A stretch of DNA of 32,000 nt from Patescibacteria group bacterium (GTDB taxonomy: Bacteria; Patescibacteriota; Minisyncoccia; UBA6257; HR35), in the NCBI GenBank assembly GCA_030549845.1, contig JAUQQN010000002.1, positions 60,001-92,000 of the forward strand, read 5' to 3'. Both the position numbers and the translations under genes were made by a program. Below the pieces are notes generated by a model. The model did no database searches, had not been told where the DNA came from, and saw only the letters and a program-made list of their open reading frames with translations. Shown in pieces: positions 23,730-32,000 of this stretch (its first letter is position 1; each line of letters begins with the position of its first letter).

Positions 23730-25478
23730 ATGTTTGTAAAAAGAAAATCTAATTTTAAATTTATTATAATTACTCTTCTCATCGTTATTATTGAAATAGT
23801 TCTAGGATATTATTTTAGGCCAATTTCAGAAAAAATAAGCGGCAGTAAAAATCGAATAAGAATATCTGCTGGAATCGTACCTCATCATTTATTGGCAAAA
23901 AATATTATAGAAAATTTTTTCCGGTACATTTCTTCAAAAGATGAACCCGAGGTGATTGTTTTGTTAAGTCCTGACCATTTTAAAGTCGGGAGTATTGTGG
24001 GAGATTTTTTTATAACACTAGAACCACAAACTTTAGAATTCTATGGGATGAAAATTGATAGGCCACTTATTAAAAATCTTTATTTTGAAAATAATATTTT
24101 TTTTAGCAATTCAAGCATTAAACTCGACCATGGAATTATAAATTTAATGCCTTTCATAAAAAAATATTTTCCTAACAGTAAAGTTGTGCCGTTTATTATA
24201 CCTTCTAGTATTTCTAAAAAAGCAGTAGACCAATTTGTAATCTCTCTAAATCGCTTTGCACCTAAAAAAACAATAGTAATTGCTAGTGTTGATTTTTCTC
24301 ATTATCTTCCAGTTCCAGCGGCTAGATTCCATGATGTTAAAAGTATTCGTACTATAATTAATTTCGAAAAAGAAAATTTTGAAAAATTAGATGTGGACTC
24401 TTGGCAAGCTCTTTATATTGCAAGAGCTTTTGCTCATAAAATGAAGATGGAATCACCAAAACTAATCGCTTACGCAAATTCTCATGATATTACCAAAAAT
24501 TCAATAAGCAAGGAAGTAACTTCGTATTTCAGTGTTGTCTTTGAAAAAGAAACTCAAAATAAAGAAAGAGCAAACAGATTTGAAGGGAAAACAATTTTAT
24601 TTGTTGGAAACATTATTCTAGATAAAAGCATAAAGCATATGACACAAAAAAATAGTGTCTTTTATCCATTCGAAAAAATCAAGCAATTTCTAAAAGGAAT
24701 TGATCTTTTAGTAGGAAACCTAGAGGGCGTGATTGTTGAAAACCCAGAAAAATTTGATAACCATTCATTAAAGTATGTTCTTCCTCCAGAAATAGTTAAG
24801 GCATTTTCCCATACGAATTTTAATTTATTTTCATTGTCGAATAAACACGCATTTGATATGGGAGAAACAGGCTTGGAACAAACCAAAAAATTTTTAACCA
24901 AAGCAAATATCAACTTTGTTGGTCATCCGAATGAATGTAATAAAAATTCAAAGTTTGAAAAAAATGAAATAATAATTCTATCTTTTAAAAAAACTTCCTT
25001 CTCCAATTGTTCTGATAAAGAAATTATAAATCATATAAAAACCGTAAGAGCTCTTAATATAAAAAAATTCATAATAGTTCTTTTACACTGGGATGAAGAA
25101 TATCAATCAAAAAATTTTCTGCTACAACAAAAATTAGCCCATCAAATAATTGATAGTGGAGCAGATTTGATAATCAGTTTTGGGATTCCAATTGTTCAAA
25201 AAATAGAAGAATATAAAAGGAAACTAATTTTCTATTCTTTGGGTAATTTTATTTTTGGTCAACATTTTTCAAAGGAAACTTCACAAACCTTAGCAATAGG
25301 TTTAGAAATTTATTCACAAGAAGTTATTTTTAGACTATTTCCAATTAAAAATCAACTAGGTCAGCCATTTTTGATGGATAGAAAAGAAGCAAATTTATTT
25401 CTAGAAAAATTAGCCGAAAAAAGTTCTAACTCTTTGTCTGACAAAATTAAAAGCGGTATAATAGTAATTAAGAGATGA
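23730..25478 (+). CDS. membrane-anchored fusion protein: Memo/AmmeMemoRadiSam-B-like domain + CapA/PGA_cap metallophosphatase-like domain
   Basis: Start set at the ATG at 23730 (MFVKRKSNFKFIIITLLIVII, TM helix). The track start at 23568 adds an implausible leader. Memo-like: GIVPHHLLA, LLSPDHF, DHGIINLMPF, ASVDFSHY. CapA-like: ILFVGNIILDK, VGNLEG, SLSNKHAFDMGETGL, HWDEEYQ, DSGADLIISFGIPIVQ, FYSLGNFIFGQ. Confidence 0.75.
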   Translation: MFVKRKSNFKFIIITLLIVIIEIVLGYYFRPISEKISGSKNRIRISAGIVPHHLLAKNIIENFFRYISSKDEPEVIVLLSPDHFKVGSIVGDFFITLEPQTLEFYGMKIDRPLIKNLYFENNIFFSNSSIKLDHGIINLMPFIKKYFPNSKVVPFIIPSSISKKAVDQFVISLNRFAPKKTIVIASVDFSHYLPVPAARFHDVKSIRTIINFEKENFEKLDVDSWQALYIARAFAHKMKMESPKLIAYANSHDITKNSISKEVTSYFSVVFEKETQNKERANRFEGKTILFVGNIILDKSIKHMTQKNSVFYPFEKIKQFLKGIDLLVGNLEGVIVENPEKFDNHSLKYVLPPEIVKAFSHTNFNLFSLSNKHAFDMGETGLEQTKKFLTKANINFVGHPNECNKNSKFEKNEIIILSFKKTSFSNCSDKEIINHIKTVRALNIKKFIIVLLHWDEEYQSKNFLLQQKLAHQIIDSGADLIISFGIPIVQKIEEYKRKLIFYSLGNFIFGQHFSKETSQTLAIGLEIYSQEVIFRLFPIKNQLGQPFLMDRKEANLFLEKLAEKSSNSLSDKIKSGIIVIKR

Positions 25479-28048
25479 AAAATTTTCCCCAGCAAATTAA
25501 TCCATCCAAAACTATATTATCAATTATTTTAGTAGGATTAGTTATTTTAGGAAGTATTTATGTTAGCATTTTTTATTTTAAAAAAAGATCCCCAAAGCCT
25601 CCATTAACAAAAATATCACCCATTCAATCCTCTCCTGTTTTTAATGAAGTTTTATTTACAAAAAGATTGATCAAACCCGAGGATATTGCTTTAGAAAAAG
25701 TTCAGATTATTCCCCAAATCCCTAAATATAATTTACCTCTTAAGACTAAAGACATTGCCAATTATCCAAAATTCTCTCAAAAAATTCGTTTAAGTTCTCG
25801 AGCTTTATCTCTTTTAGAAAAAAATGGATTTGTAGCAATTACTACGCCAAAAGAGATTGCTAATAAAGAAAGTGTAACTTCAATAGGAGAAAATAGCAAA
25901 ATAAGCTATCCAAAAGACGATTTTGCAGCTTTTTATATAGCTTTACAAACATTAGATTTACCGATTTTTATTACTACTGATTCACTTTTACATTTCTACC
26001 ACATCCTTTTTAATACTACTTTGATGAAATTAGAAAAAGATCTTTTTTATTCAGATCTTTGGCTAATAAGCAAGGAATTTTTTGATGACGCTCTTTTCCA
26101 ATATAACAAAACCTCTGGAGATTTAAAGGAAGCAGCTAAAAGAAATGTAGCCTATTTTTCAGTCGCTCTAGAATTGCTAAAGCCAAAGCCGCATCAAGTT
26201 GCAACAAAAGAAAATATCCAAAAAGAAATCGAATGCTATCTGCCTTCAGAAACTTGTGAAGAAATTATTTCAAATCAATTAAAAGAAGGAAAACTTTTTA
26301 GCTTATTTACGCCTGAAGAATTTAAAAAATATTCATTTCAACCACCAGATTTTGTAAAAGATCTGGTTCAAAAGGAAATTCAACTAATTGAAAATCATAA
26401 AGGTTGGGAGAATTCTCCGATTTTCATATACAAAGAAGATTACTCTCAGTACATTCCAAGGGGCCATTATAGCAGATCTGAAAAACTTAAAAATTATTTC
26501 AAAGCAATGATGTGGTATGGTAGAATGACAACTTTGATTAAAGGATCTCCTAATTTACCAAAGGGGGTATCTAAATGTTCAGAGTATGGAATTATTTCTG
26601 AATATGATGCTAAAATTCAGACTCTCCAAGCAAGTTTAATCGCTAGTAAATTTTTAAAAAGCCATGATATCCAGAAAAGATGGGAGAGAATCTATAAAAT
26701 TACTTCTTTTTTTGTTGGATTTTCTGATGATTTGGGCCCATATGAATATAGTATTGTGTTAAAAAGTTTATTTAAGGGGGAAATTAAACTAGAAAAATTG
26801 GAAGAAAAATATTCAGAAATTAAAAACATTCTCCTTAATCTTCCTTATAATCCAAAAATTTATGGAGGGTTAGGGGCTTGCCAGCTATCTATGCCTTGTC
26901 CACCTCTTTCAGACCAAGAAATTCAAGAATTAAAACTCCAAGAAAAAAAACTTATAGAAGCAACAAAAGGGCTTAGATTAATGGGACAAAGATTCACTAT
27001 TGATTCTTGGTTCTTTTCGGAACTTGTTTCTCCTTATTCTGGGATATACATTGGTAATAAAACCACTCGTCCATTCACTCTTGTAAAAACTCAAATTCCT
27101 GGTTGCCAAGAAGGAAGAGAAATAAGAGGCTTTCCTAGGGGGTTAGATATTATGGCCTTACTAGGATCAAAAAGAGCTAAAGAAATTTTGAAAGAATTAG
27201 GAGATACGGCTTATTCAGATTATGAAAAGAAATTTTCTGAATTAAAGAAAGAATTAGATACTTTACCTCAATATAAATGGTTCGAGAATCTTTATTGGGG
27301 ATGGCTTTATGTTTTGAAATCTTTATTAGGTGAATTTGGCGAAGGGTATCAAACCTTTATGCAAACAAAGGCCTGGCAAGATAAGGAACTAAATACTGCT
27401 TTGGCTTCTTGGGCAGAGCTAAGGCATGATACAATTTTGTATACAAAACAAAGTTATACCGGTGCTGAAATGGGTTCTGTAGAAGAACCACCAATCGTTG
27501 GTTATGTTGAGCCAATACCTGAATTTTATGCTCGACTTTTAACTTTAACAAAAATAACAAGTAAGGGCTTGAAAGAATTAATACCAAAAGAAAATTTAGA
27601 AAAATTAAAAATAGAAGAAGTCTTAACGGAATTTTCAAAAATTTTAACGAAATTATTAGAAATCTCAAAAAAAGAATTAGAAAATAAACCATTAAATCAG
27701 GAAGAATATGATTTCATCCAATATTTTGGAGTAAATTTGGAAAACCTTGTTCGATTGGTTGCACAAGCTGAACCAGATCCTGATATTTTTAAAACAACTT
27801 TAATCGCTGATGTTCACACTGAAAGCAATACTAAAAAAGTTTTGGAAGAAGGAGTAGGGTATATTAAAACTTTAGTAGTAGCTTATAAACTTCCAGACGG
27901 TCGAATTTTAATTGGAGTTGGGCCTATTTTTAGTTATTATGAATTTAAGCAACCAATGGAAAATAGATTAACTAATGAAACTTGGAGGTTAATGTTGCAA
28001 GAAAATCCTCCTTCTTCACCAGAATGGACGAGAAGCTTTTCAGAATAA
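25475..28048 (+). CDS. large membrane-anchored extracytoplasmic protein, DUF3160-like (family recalled from memory)
   Basis: 857 aa. N-terminal TM (ILSIILVGLVILGSIYVSIFYF). Central YIPRGHYSRSEKLKNYFKAMMWYGRM and WAELRHDTILYTKQSY blocks, which I associate with DUF3160. ATGA overlap with the upstream gene. Confidence 0.6.
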   Translation: MKNFPQQINPSKTILSIILVGLVILGSIYVSIFYFKKRSPKPPLTKISPIQSSPVFNEVLFTKRLIKPEDIALEKVQIIPQIPKYNLPLKTKDIANYPKFSQKIRLSSRALSLLEKNGFVAITTPKEIANKESVTSIGENSKISYPKDDFAAFYIALQTLDLPIFITTDSLLHFYHILFNTTLMKLEKDLFYSDLWLISKEFFDDALFQYNKTSGDLKEAAKRNVAYFSVALELLKPKPHQVATKENIQKEIECYLPSETCEEIISNQLKEGKLFSLFTPEEFKKYSFQPPDFVKDLVQKEIQLIENHKGWENSPIFIYKEDYSQYIPRGHYSRSEKLKNYFKAMMWYGRMTTLIKGSPNLPKGVSKCSEYGIISEYDAKIQTLQASLIASKFLKSHDIQKRWERIYKITSFFVGFSDDLGPYEYSIVLKSLFKGEIKLEKLEEKYSEIKNILLNLPYNPKIYGGLGACQLSMPCPPLSDQEIQELKLQEKKLIEATKGLRLMGQRFTIDSWFFSELVSPYSGIYIGNKTTRPFTLVKTQIPGCQEGREIRGFPRGLDIMALLGSKRAKEILKELGDTAYSDYEKKFSELKKELDTLPQYKWFENLYWGWLYVLKSLLGEFGEGYQTFMQTKAWQDKELNTALASWAELRHDTILYTKQSYTGAEMGSVEEPPIVGYVEPIPEFYARLLTLTKITSKGLKELIPKENLEKLKIEEVLTEFSKILTKLLEISKKELENKPLNQEEYDFIQYFGVNLENLVRLVAQAEPDPDIFKTTLIADVHTESNTKKVLEEGVGYIKTLVVAYKLPDGRILIGVGPIFSYYEFKQPMENRLTNETWRLMLQENPPSSPEWTRSFSE

Positions 28049-28330
28049 ATGATAAATAATATTTACGGTTGAAATATTTTAAAAAGCAGACCCAGAAGTT
28101 TTAACATGTTCATTTGGGATAAATATAAACTTAATTTTTAAAGATTATAAAAGCATAAAAAATTTTAAATTTTGATATGATTAATTCCAGTTTTTATTTC
28201 AAAACTAAGTTTTAAAATATGTAAATATCTTTCGCTCTTATATAAAAATAGAATCTTTATGGCTAAGTAAATATTAAAAAAAATCGCCATTTAATTTCTT
28301 CATAGAGATTATTAATATTTGGAAGCTTAA

Positions 28331-28770
28331 AGAACTATAGAAAAGTGCAAAAAGCTAGGTATCCTCTATAAACATAAACTTGAAGGATTGATAGATTTAG
28401 AGACCTATAAAGCTAAAAAACTGAAATAGAAAGGGAGATTAGCTCTTTACAGGATTCACTAAAGAGATTGTTTGAAACAGATATTGATTACTTAGATTTA
28501 GGTGTTAATCTTTTAGAACTATGTAAAAAAGCAAGGTTTTTATATGAAAATGCAACTATTGAAGAAAAACGAGAATTAATAAATTTAGCTTTTCAAAAAA
28601 TTTTGATAAAAGATAAAACATTTATTTTCGAATATTCTCCTTGGTTCGCAATTTTACACAAACACTCCGGATTAATTAAAGAAATTTGCGAACTCGAAAA
28701 AAGCAAGAATTTAAAAGAAGAAAATGAAATTTTAGAGAAAGTTTATCCTAAAATGCTCTACCTATATTAA
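28331..28770 (+). pseudogene. decayed 3' remnant of a large serine recombinase gene (frameshifted, 5'-truncated)
   Basis: Frame A (28331..28426): ...KLEGLIDLETYKAKKLK, then stop. Frame B from 28417 runs into track ORF 28468..28770: EIEREISSLQDSLKRLFETDIDYLDLGVNLLELCKKARFLYENATIEEKRELINLAFQKILIKDKTFIFEY.. The frames are joined by a 1-nt slip in the A6 run 28415-28420. No catalytic N-terminal domain lies upstream. Confidence 0.6.
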
Positions 28771-29066
28771 TGAACCGCAAATGTTAGATAGAGATAGTAT
28801 AACACAGATTTTAAGTTTTGAATCTATCTTTAGTTAAATATTATTTACTCACCACCTTTACTATTATTTTGAAGTACAATCTTAGTTGAGACAAAAGGGG
28901 CAACAAAATATAGTGAAGAAATAATAAAGAAAACAAGAAATTATATAGAAAATTATAGAAAGTCCTTTCAATCTTTCATTAGTTCGTTGGGGATCCAAAA
29001 ATAAGAGGGAAACCAAAAATAAAGTTGACAAGACTTTTATAACTATTTTTCACTAAATTATGAAGT

Positions 29067-29094
29067 ATAATAGATTTAAGATAATAGATTTAAG
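29067..29094 (+). repeat. 14-bp perfect tandem duplication (ATAATAGATTTAAG x2), 36 nt upstream of the next CDS
   Basis: Read directly: ataatagatttaag ataatagatttaag. The first copy overlaps a TATAAT hexamer at 29066..29071. Confidence 0.8.
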
Positions 29095-29129
29095 ATGGTA
29101 TTTTTCTAAAAAAGTACAATAAAAACAGC

Positions 29130-31607
29130 ATGGTTATAAAACAAGGCAAATCTGAACCCAATTTAAAATATATATTAATCATAGTTGTTCTGAGTATTAT
29201 TGTCGGGGGAATCGTTATCTGGAACTATTTGATTGTATTGCGGGAAAAAGAACTACAAATAAAAAAACCACAAGAAAAAGAGATTATTAAGTTGGAGGGT
29301 AGATTATACCGGAAAAAAATCACTTTTGATCTGAAAAATACTGAAACGCTTAAAAATTTTCAAATTTCTTTAAAATTAGATACCTTATCTTTAATAAGGG
29401 AAGGAAAGTTATCTCTTGATTGCGGAAATATTAGGTTTACAGATTCTGATAAGGAAACAGAGATTCCTTATTGGATAAAAGGTAAGTGTGGAGAGAATAA
29501 TACTGAAATCTGGTTAAGAGTGCCAGAAATCTTACCTAATTCAAAAAAAACCATTTATGTTTATTACGGCAACGAGGCTAAACCTTCAACTTCAAATTTT
29601 GATGAAGTCTTCAAAACCAATAATTTTTTGTTGGGTTGGTACTATTTTAGTGAGCTAGATAAGCTAAAAGTGACAGATCTTTCTATGAGTAAAAACAACG
29701 GAAAAATTTTTGGATTAGATTATGAGTTGGTACCATCAAAGATGACATTAGATTGCGAAAATGAGAATGGATGTTTTGTGTTTTTAGATAATTGGGGCAA
29801 AGAATGGGAGTGGACTGATATTCCCGATGCTTATTTTGAAATTCCTTCAGAAAAATTAAATTTTAATAAATTACAAGGATCTATTGAGATGTGGGTTAAA
29901 CCGAAAAATGCAAGATCAGGAAAATATCAGAGATTGGTAGTTGATAGTAATTGGGAGATTGAGTTAGGAATTAATCCTAACGGTGATTTATATTTCTATC
30001 CAGCACAAGCGCCAAAAGATAATTATAACATGATAAATAACCCGTTAAAAAACGATGAGTGGAATCATATAATAGTTACTTGGAATTTTGAAAATAAAGA
30101 GGTCATTTTCTATATCAATGGAGAAAAAAAGAAAAATGACGTTGAGAATGTTCCAAGATATTGGAAAGAAATGGCAAAAATAGGAAATTTGCAAATTGGA
30201 GGAACTAATTTAGGAATTGAATCTGCATTTGTAGGGTATATAGATGGAGTGAGAATTTATAATAAAGCTTTAGATAGTAAAGAGGCAAAAATGGCTTATA
30301 AATATAACAGAAGAAACATAAGATATCCAACAATTTCTTTTGGGGCAGAAGAGTTGATTTCGGTAGGGAAATTAAAGGATACGGTTTTTGACTCTTCAAT
30401 TGTAGAAAATATCCCTATGACTGATAAAATTAAGATTGGTACTTGTTATGCCACACCACTTCACATAGGGTATAGCTATTATCCTAGCGAGGGAAAATAC
30501 ATCAATCCTTCAACCAAAGAAGCTTTCTTTTTGATTCATAGATTAAAAGATGAAGATCTTCCTATTTTTGGTGTACCAAGTCACTTTTTCCCATATGAAG
30601 GAGCATTTGTTAAATTTGAAGATGCCTTTTTATTATCTTACATAGGATTAGAAATCAATAACCCCAAATTAATTAAAGATTTAAAAATTGAATTTAAGAA
30701 AGTAAAGAGTTATGAACCTGGAATAATTGAGCGTTGGGGGGAACTAATTCCTACTGCCTATGCGTGTGGTCCTTACTATAGTTATAAAACAGTTGGAGAT
30801 TCGGAATTTTCTTTTATAGGAGAAAAAAATGGAATATATTGGTATAAATTGAAAAATCCAATTTTCGTTGACCAAGAAGTTACAATGATGCAACTTTATT
30901 ACAAACCTACTGGCGAAGAAGGAATGCTTTCTATTAGGGTTAACGATATGGTTTTTATTGATAGAAATAAAAAGCTTGTTCGCCCTACTTTTTCTAAAGA
31001 TTCAAAAAAACCAATTGAGACAGAAGGAGCGGATTTTTTCTCAGAAATGTATGTTCTTCCTTACTGCCCTCCTGGTGAGAAATATTTTGAGAAATATTTA
31101 GCATATTTTGCTAAAGAAGAAAAAGGATTTATCATTTTTAAACAAAACCTCGATACACAAAAATTAGAGTTATCTTTTGAAAACCGCGGAAAAGACCAGA
31201 TTATTATTGACCATCAATCTATTTGGAATATTGAAACTCAATTAATAAAATGGAGGGTTAAAGATATCAAAATTCGAGATTTAAATGATAACATTATTTA
31301 TAAGCTCTCAATGGATGAAATCAAAAATCAGATATTTGGTAAGAAAATAGACCCAGGTGGAGCAATAAAAATACCTCTTATTTCTCTTAAAGATTTGCAA
31401 AAAAATACATTTTATCACATTACTATTGGTACGGGTGAAGAATCGAAACTTGAAGAAGTAACAAATCAAAAAAGAATTATCAAGTGGGTTCTCGGTGATT
31501 CACCTTACTATTATCCTCGATATCGTTTTAATAATGATCTTTATTTGTACCGTTTAAATGTGGCTCAAGATGGCTCTATCAGTTTCGAAGAAGTAAGGTC
31601 GAAATAA
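29130..31607 (+). CDS. membrane-anchored DUF2341 + LamG/concanavalin-A-like lectin domain protein with an uncharacterised ~430-aa C-terminal region
   Basis: 825 aa. TM (YILIIVVLSIIVGGIVIW). DUF2341-like IRFTDSDKETEIPYWIKGKCGENNTEIWLRVPEILPNSKKTIYVYYGN. LamG-like GSIEMWVKP...WNHIIVTWNFENKEVIFYINGEKK...FVGYIDGVRIYNKAL. Confidence 0.75.
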   Translation: MVIKQGKSEPNLKYILIIVVLSIIVGGIVIWNYLIVLREKELQIKKPQEKEIIKLEGRLYRKKITFDLKNTETLKNFQISLKLDTLSLIREGKLSLDCGNIRFTDSDKETEIPYWIKGKCGENNTEIWLRVPEILPNSKKTIYVYYGNEAKPSTSNFDEVFKTNNFLLGWYYFSELDKLKVTDLSMSKNNGKIFGLDYELVPSKMTLDCENENGCFVFLDNWGKEWEWTDIPDAYFEIPSEKLNFNKLQGSIEMWVKPKNARSGKYQRLVVDSNWEIELGINPNGDLYFYPAQAPKDNYNMINNPLKNDEWNHIIVTWNFENKEVIFYINGEKKKNDVENVPRYWKEMAKIGNLQIGGTNLGIESAFVGYIDGVRIYNKALDSKEAKMAYKYNRRNIRYPTISFGAEELISVGKLKDTVFDSSIVENIPMTDKIKIGTCYATPLHIGYSYYPSEGKYINPSTKEAFFLIHRLKDEDLPIFGVPSHFFPYEGAFVKFEDAFLLSYIGLEINNPKLIKDLKIEFKKVKSYEPGIIERWGELIPTAYACGPYYSYKTVGDSEFSFIGEKNGIYWYKLKNPIFVDQEVTMMQLYYKPTGEEGMLSIRVNDMVFIDRNKKLVRPTFSKDSKKPIETEGADFFSEMYVLPYCPPGEKYFEKYLAYFAKEEKGFIIFKQNLDTQKLELSFENRGKDQIIIDHQSIWNIETQLIKWRVKDIKIRDLNDNIIYKLSMDEIKNQIFGKKIDPGGAIKIPLISLKDLQKNTFYHITIGTGEESKLEEVTNQKRIIKWVLGDSPYYYPRYRFNNDLYLYRLNVAQDGSISFEEVRSK

Positions 31608-31626
31608 ATCATAGAATATAGAATTA

Positions 31627-32000
31627 GTGATAATTAGATTAAAGAAAACATTAACCTTATTAATAATTAGTGGAGTTTTCTTTTTAGGTAGTTTATTTAT
31701 TATTGAACTGAAACTTTTAAATCGAGATAAATTCGCACACAACTATTCTTCTTTCATTCAAAACAAAACTATATTACAAGAGAAAAAGAAAATAACTCTT
31801 AGAGAAAAACTTGGACAAAATTTAGTAGTTGGAATTCCAGGCCCTACGCTCGATGAAAGAACAAAAGAAATTTTGCATTACATTAAACCAGCTGGAATTG
31901 TGTTATATCGTCGGAATTATAAATCCTATTCTCAACTTAAAGATTTAATTTCCCAGTTACAAAAAATTTCAAATGAAGATACTGGGCTTTTTTATTTCAT
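31627..32000 (+). CDS. nagZ: glycoside hydrolase family 3 (NagZ-like beta-N-acetylhexosaminidase), N-terminal part; runs off the window end
   Basis: Not in the track because it is open at the edge. From the GTG at 31627: (M)IIRLKKTLTLLIISGVFFLGSLFII (TM)...LREKLGQNLVVGIPGPTLDERTKEILHYIKPAGIVLYRRNYKSYSQLKDLISQLQ, the typical GH3 N-terminus. The frame opens after the TAG at 31612, and GTG is the first usable start. Confidence 0.6.
   Translation, partial: MIIRLKKTLTLLIISGVFFLGSLFIIELKLLNRDKFAHNYSSFIQNKTILQEKKKITLREKLGQNLVVGIPGPTLDERTKEILHYIKPAGIVLYRRNYKSYSQLKDLISQLQKISNEDTGLFYF

Noticed and set aside
267-31742. Seventeen ORF-track entries that lie antisense to or inside better-supported genes: 267..473+, 1442..1651+, 2066..2287+, 6425..6613-, 7651..7836+, 9951..10133-, 12803..13204+, 14447..14647+, 14768..15010+, 15052..15300+, 15304..15597+, 19808..20095+, 22908..23114+, 24662..24913-, 27357..27692-, 30205..30399-, 31554..31742-.
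   Set aside because: Each is a shadow frame of a gene with clear family signatures on the other strand or frame. Their translations are low-complexity (F/L/I/K-rich) with no recognisable motifs, as expected for long random ORFs in AT-rich DNA.
1-32000. Alternative genetic code (UGA recoded, as in some candidate phyla).
   Set aside because: frr and mreB end in TGA at the expected full-length C-termini. Standard-code ORFs give complete, well-aligned housekeeping proteins, so TGA functions as a stop here.
1-32000. CRISPR arrays, rRNA genes, intact transposases/integrases, prophage genes, toxin-antitoxin pairs.
   Set aside because: I found no regularly spaced repeats, rRNA-like GC-rich blocks or recognisable mobile or defence gene signatures beyond the recombinase remnant at 28331..28770.

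Overview
Strongly AT-rich, very gene-dense bacterial window. Intergenic spacers are tiny or negative, with many ATGA or TAATG stop/start overlaps. Proteins are small and TGA is used as a stop. The overall look is that of a reduced-genome CPR/Patescibacteria-type organism (inference only). Content: (i) 1-6.3 kb holds housekeeping genes: an rseP fragment, frr, holB-like, mreB, a degenerate priA-like gene and a polyprenyl-phosphate sugar transferase. (ii) An uninterrupted ~9 kb minus-strand array runs from a tRNA cluster (15.38 kb) through infA-rpmJ-rpsM-rpsK-rpsD-rpoA-rplQ-rpsP, an M16 peptidase, an AI-2E transporter, a YkuK-like protein, infC-rpmI, a LOG-like protein, MgtC and a permease, ending at tRNA-Arg (6.39 kb). 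(iii) A tRNA-bounded islet carries an orphan 513-aa gene. (iv) An operon encodes three paralogous secreted FN3-like/PKD proteins plus a ROK-like kinase. (v) A methyltransferase, a patatin-like lipase and a secreted protein follow. (vi) A plus-strand block encodes large membrane-anchored extracytoplasmic proteins (Memo-CapA fusion, DUF3160-like, DUF2341/LamG, GH3), interrupted by a decayed serine-recombinase gene. I saw no rRNA, CRISPR array or intact mobile element, and I could not identify one clear multi-gene novel system. The best candidates for a second look are: a cloverleaf tRNA-like gene with an anticodon loop lacking U33, next to a strand-specific long hairpin and the orphan gene; an abrupt 68-bp perfect repeat shared by two surface-protein paralogs (possible cassette recombination); an rpoA with no alpha-CTD; a PriA-like protein with helicase motifs I/II/VI lost; and a Memo-CapA fusion heading a block of unknown envelope proteins. 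All family assignments come from reading the translations by eye; no searches were run.
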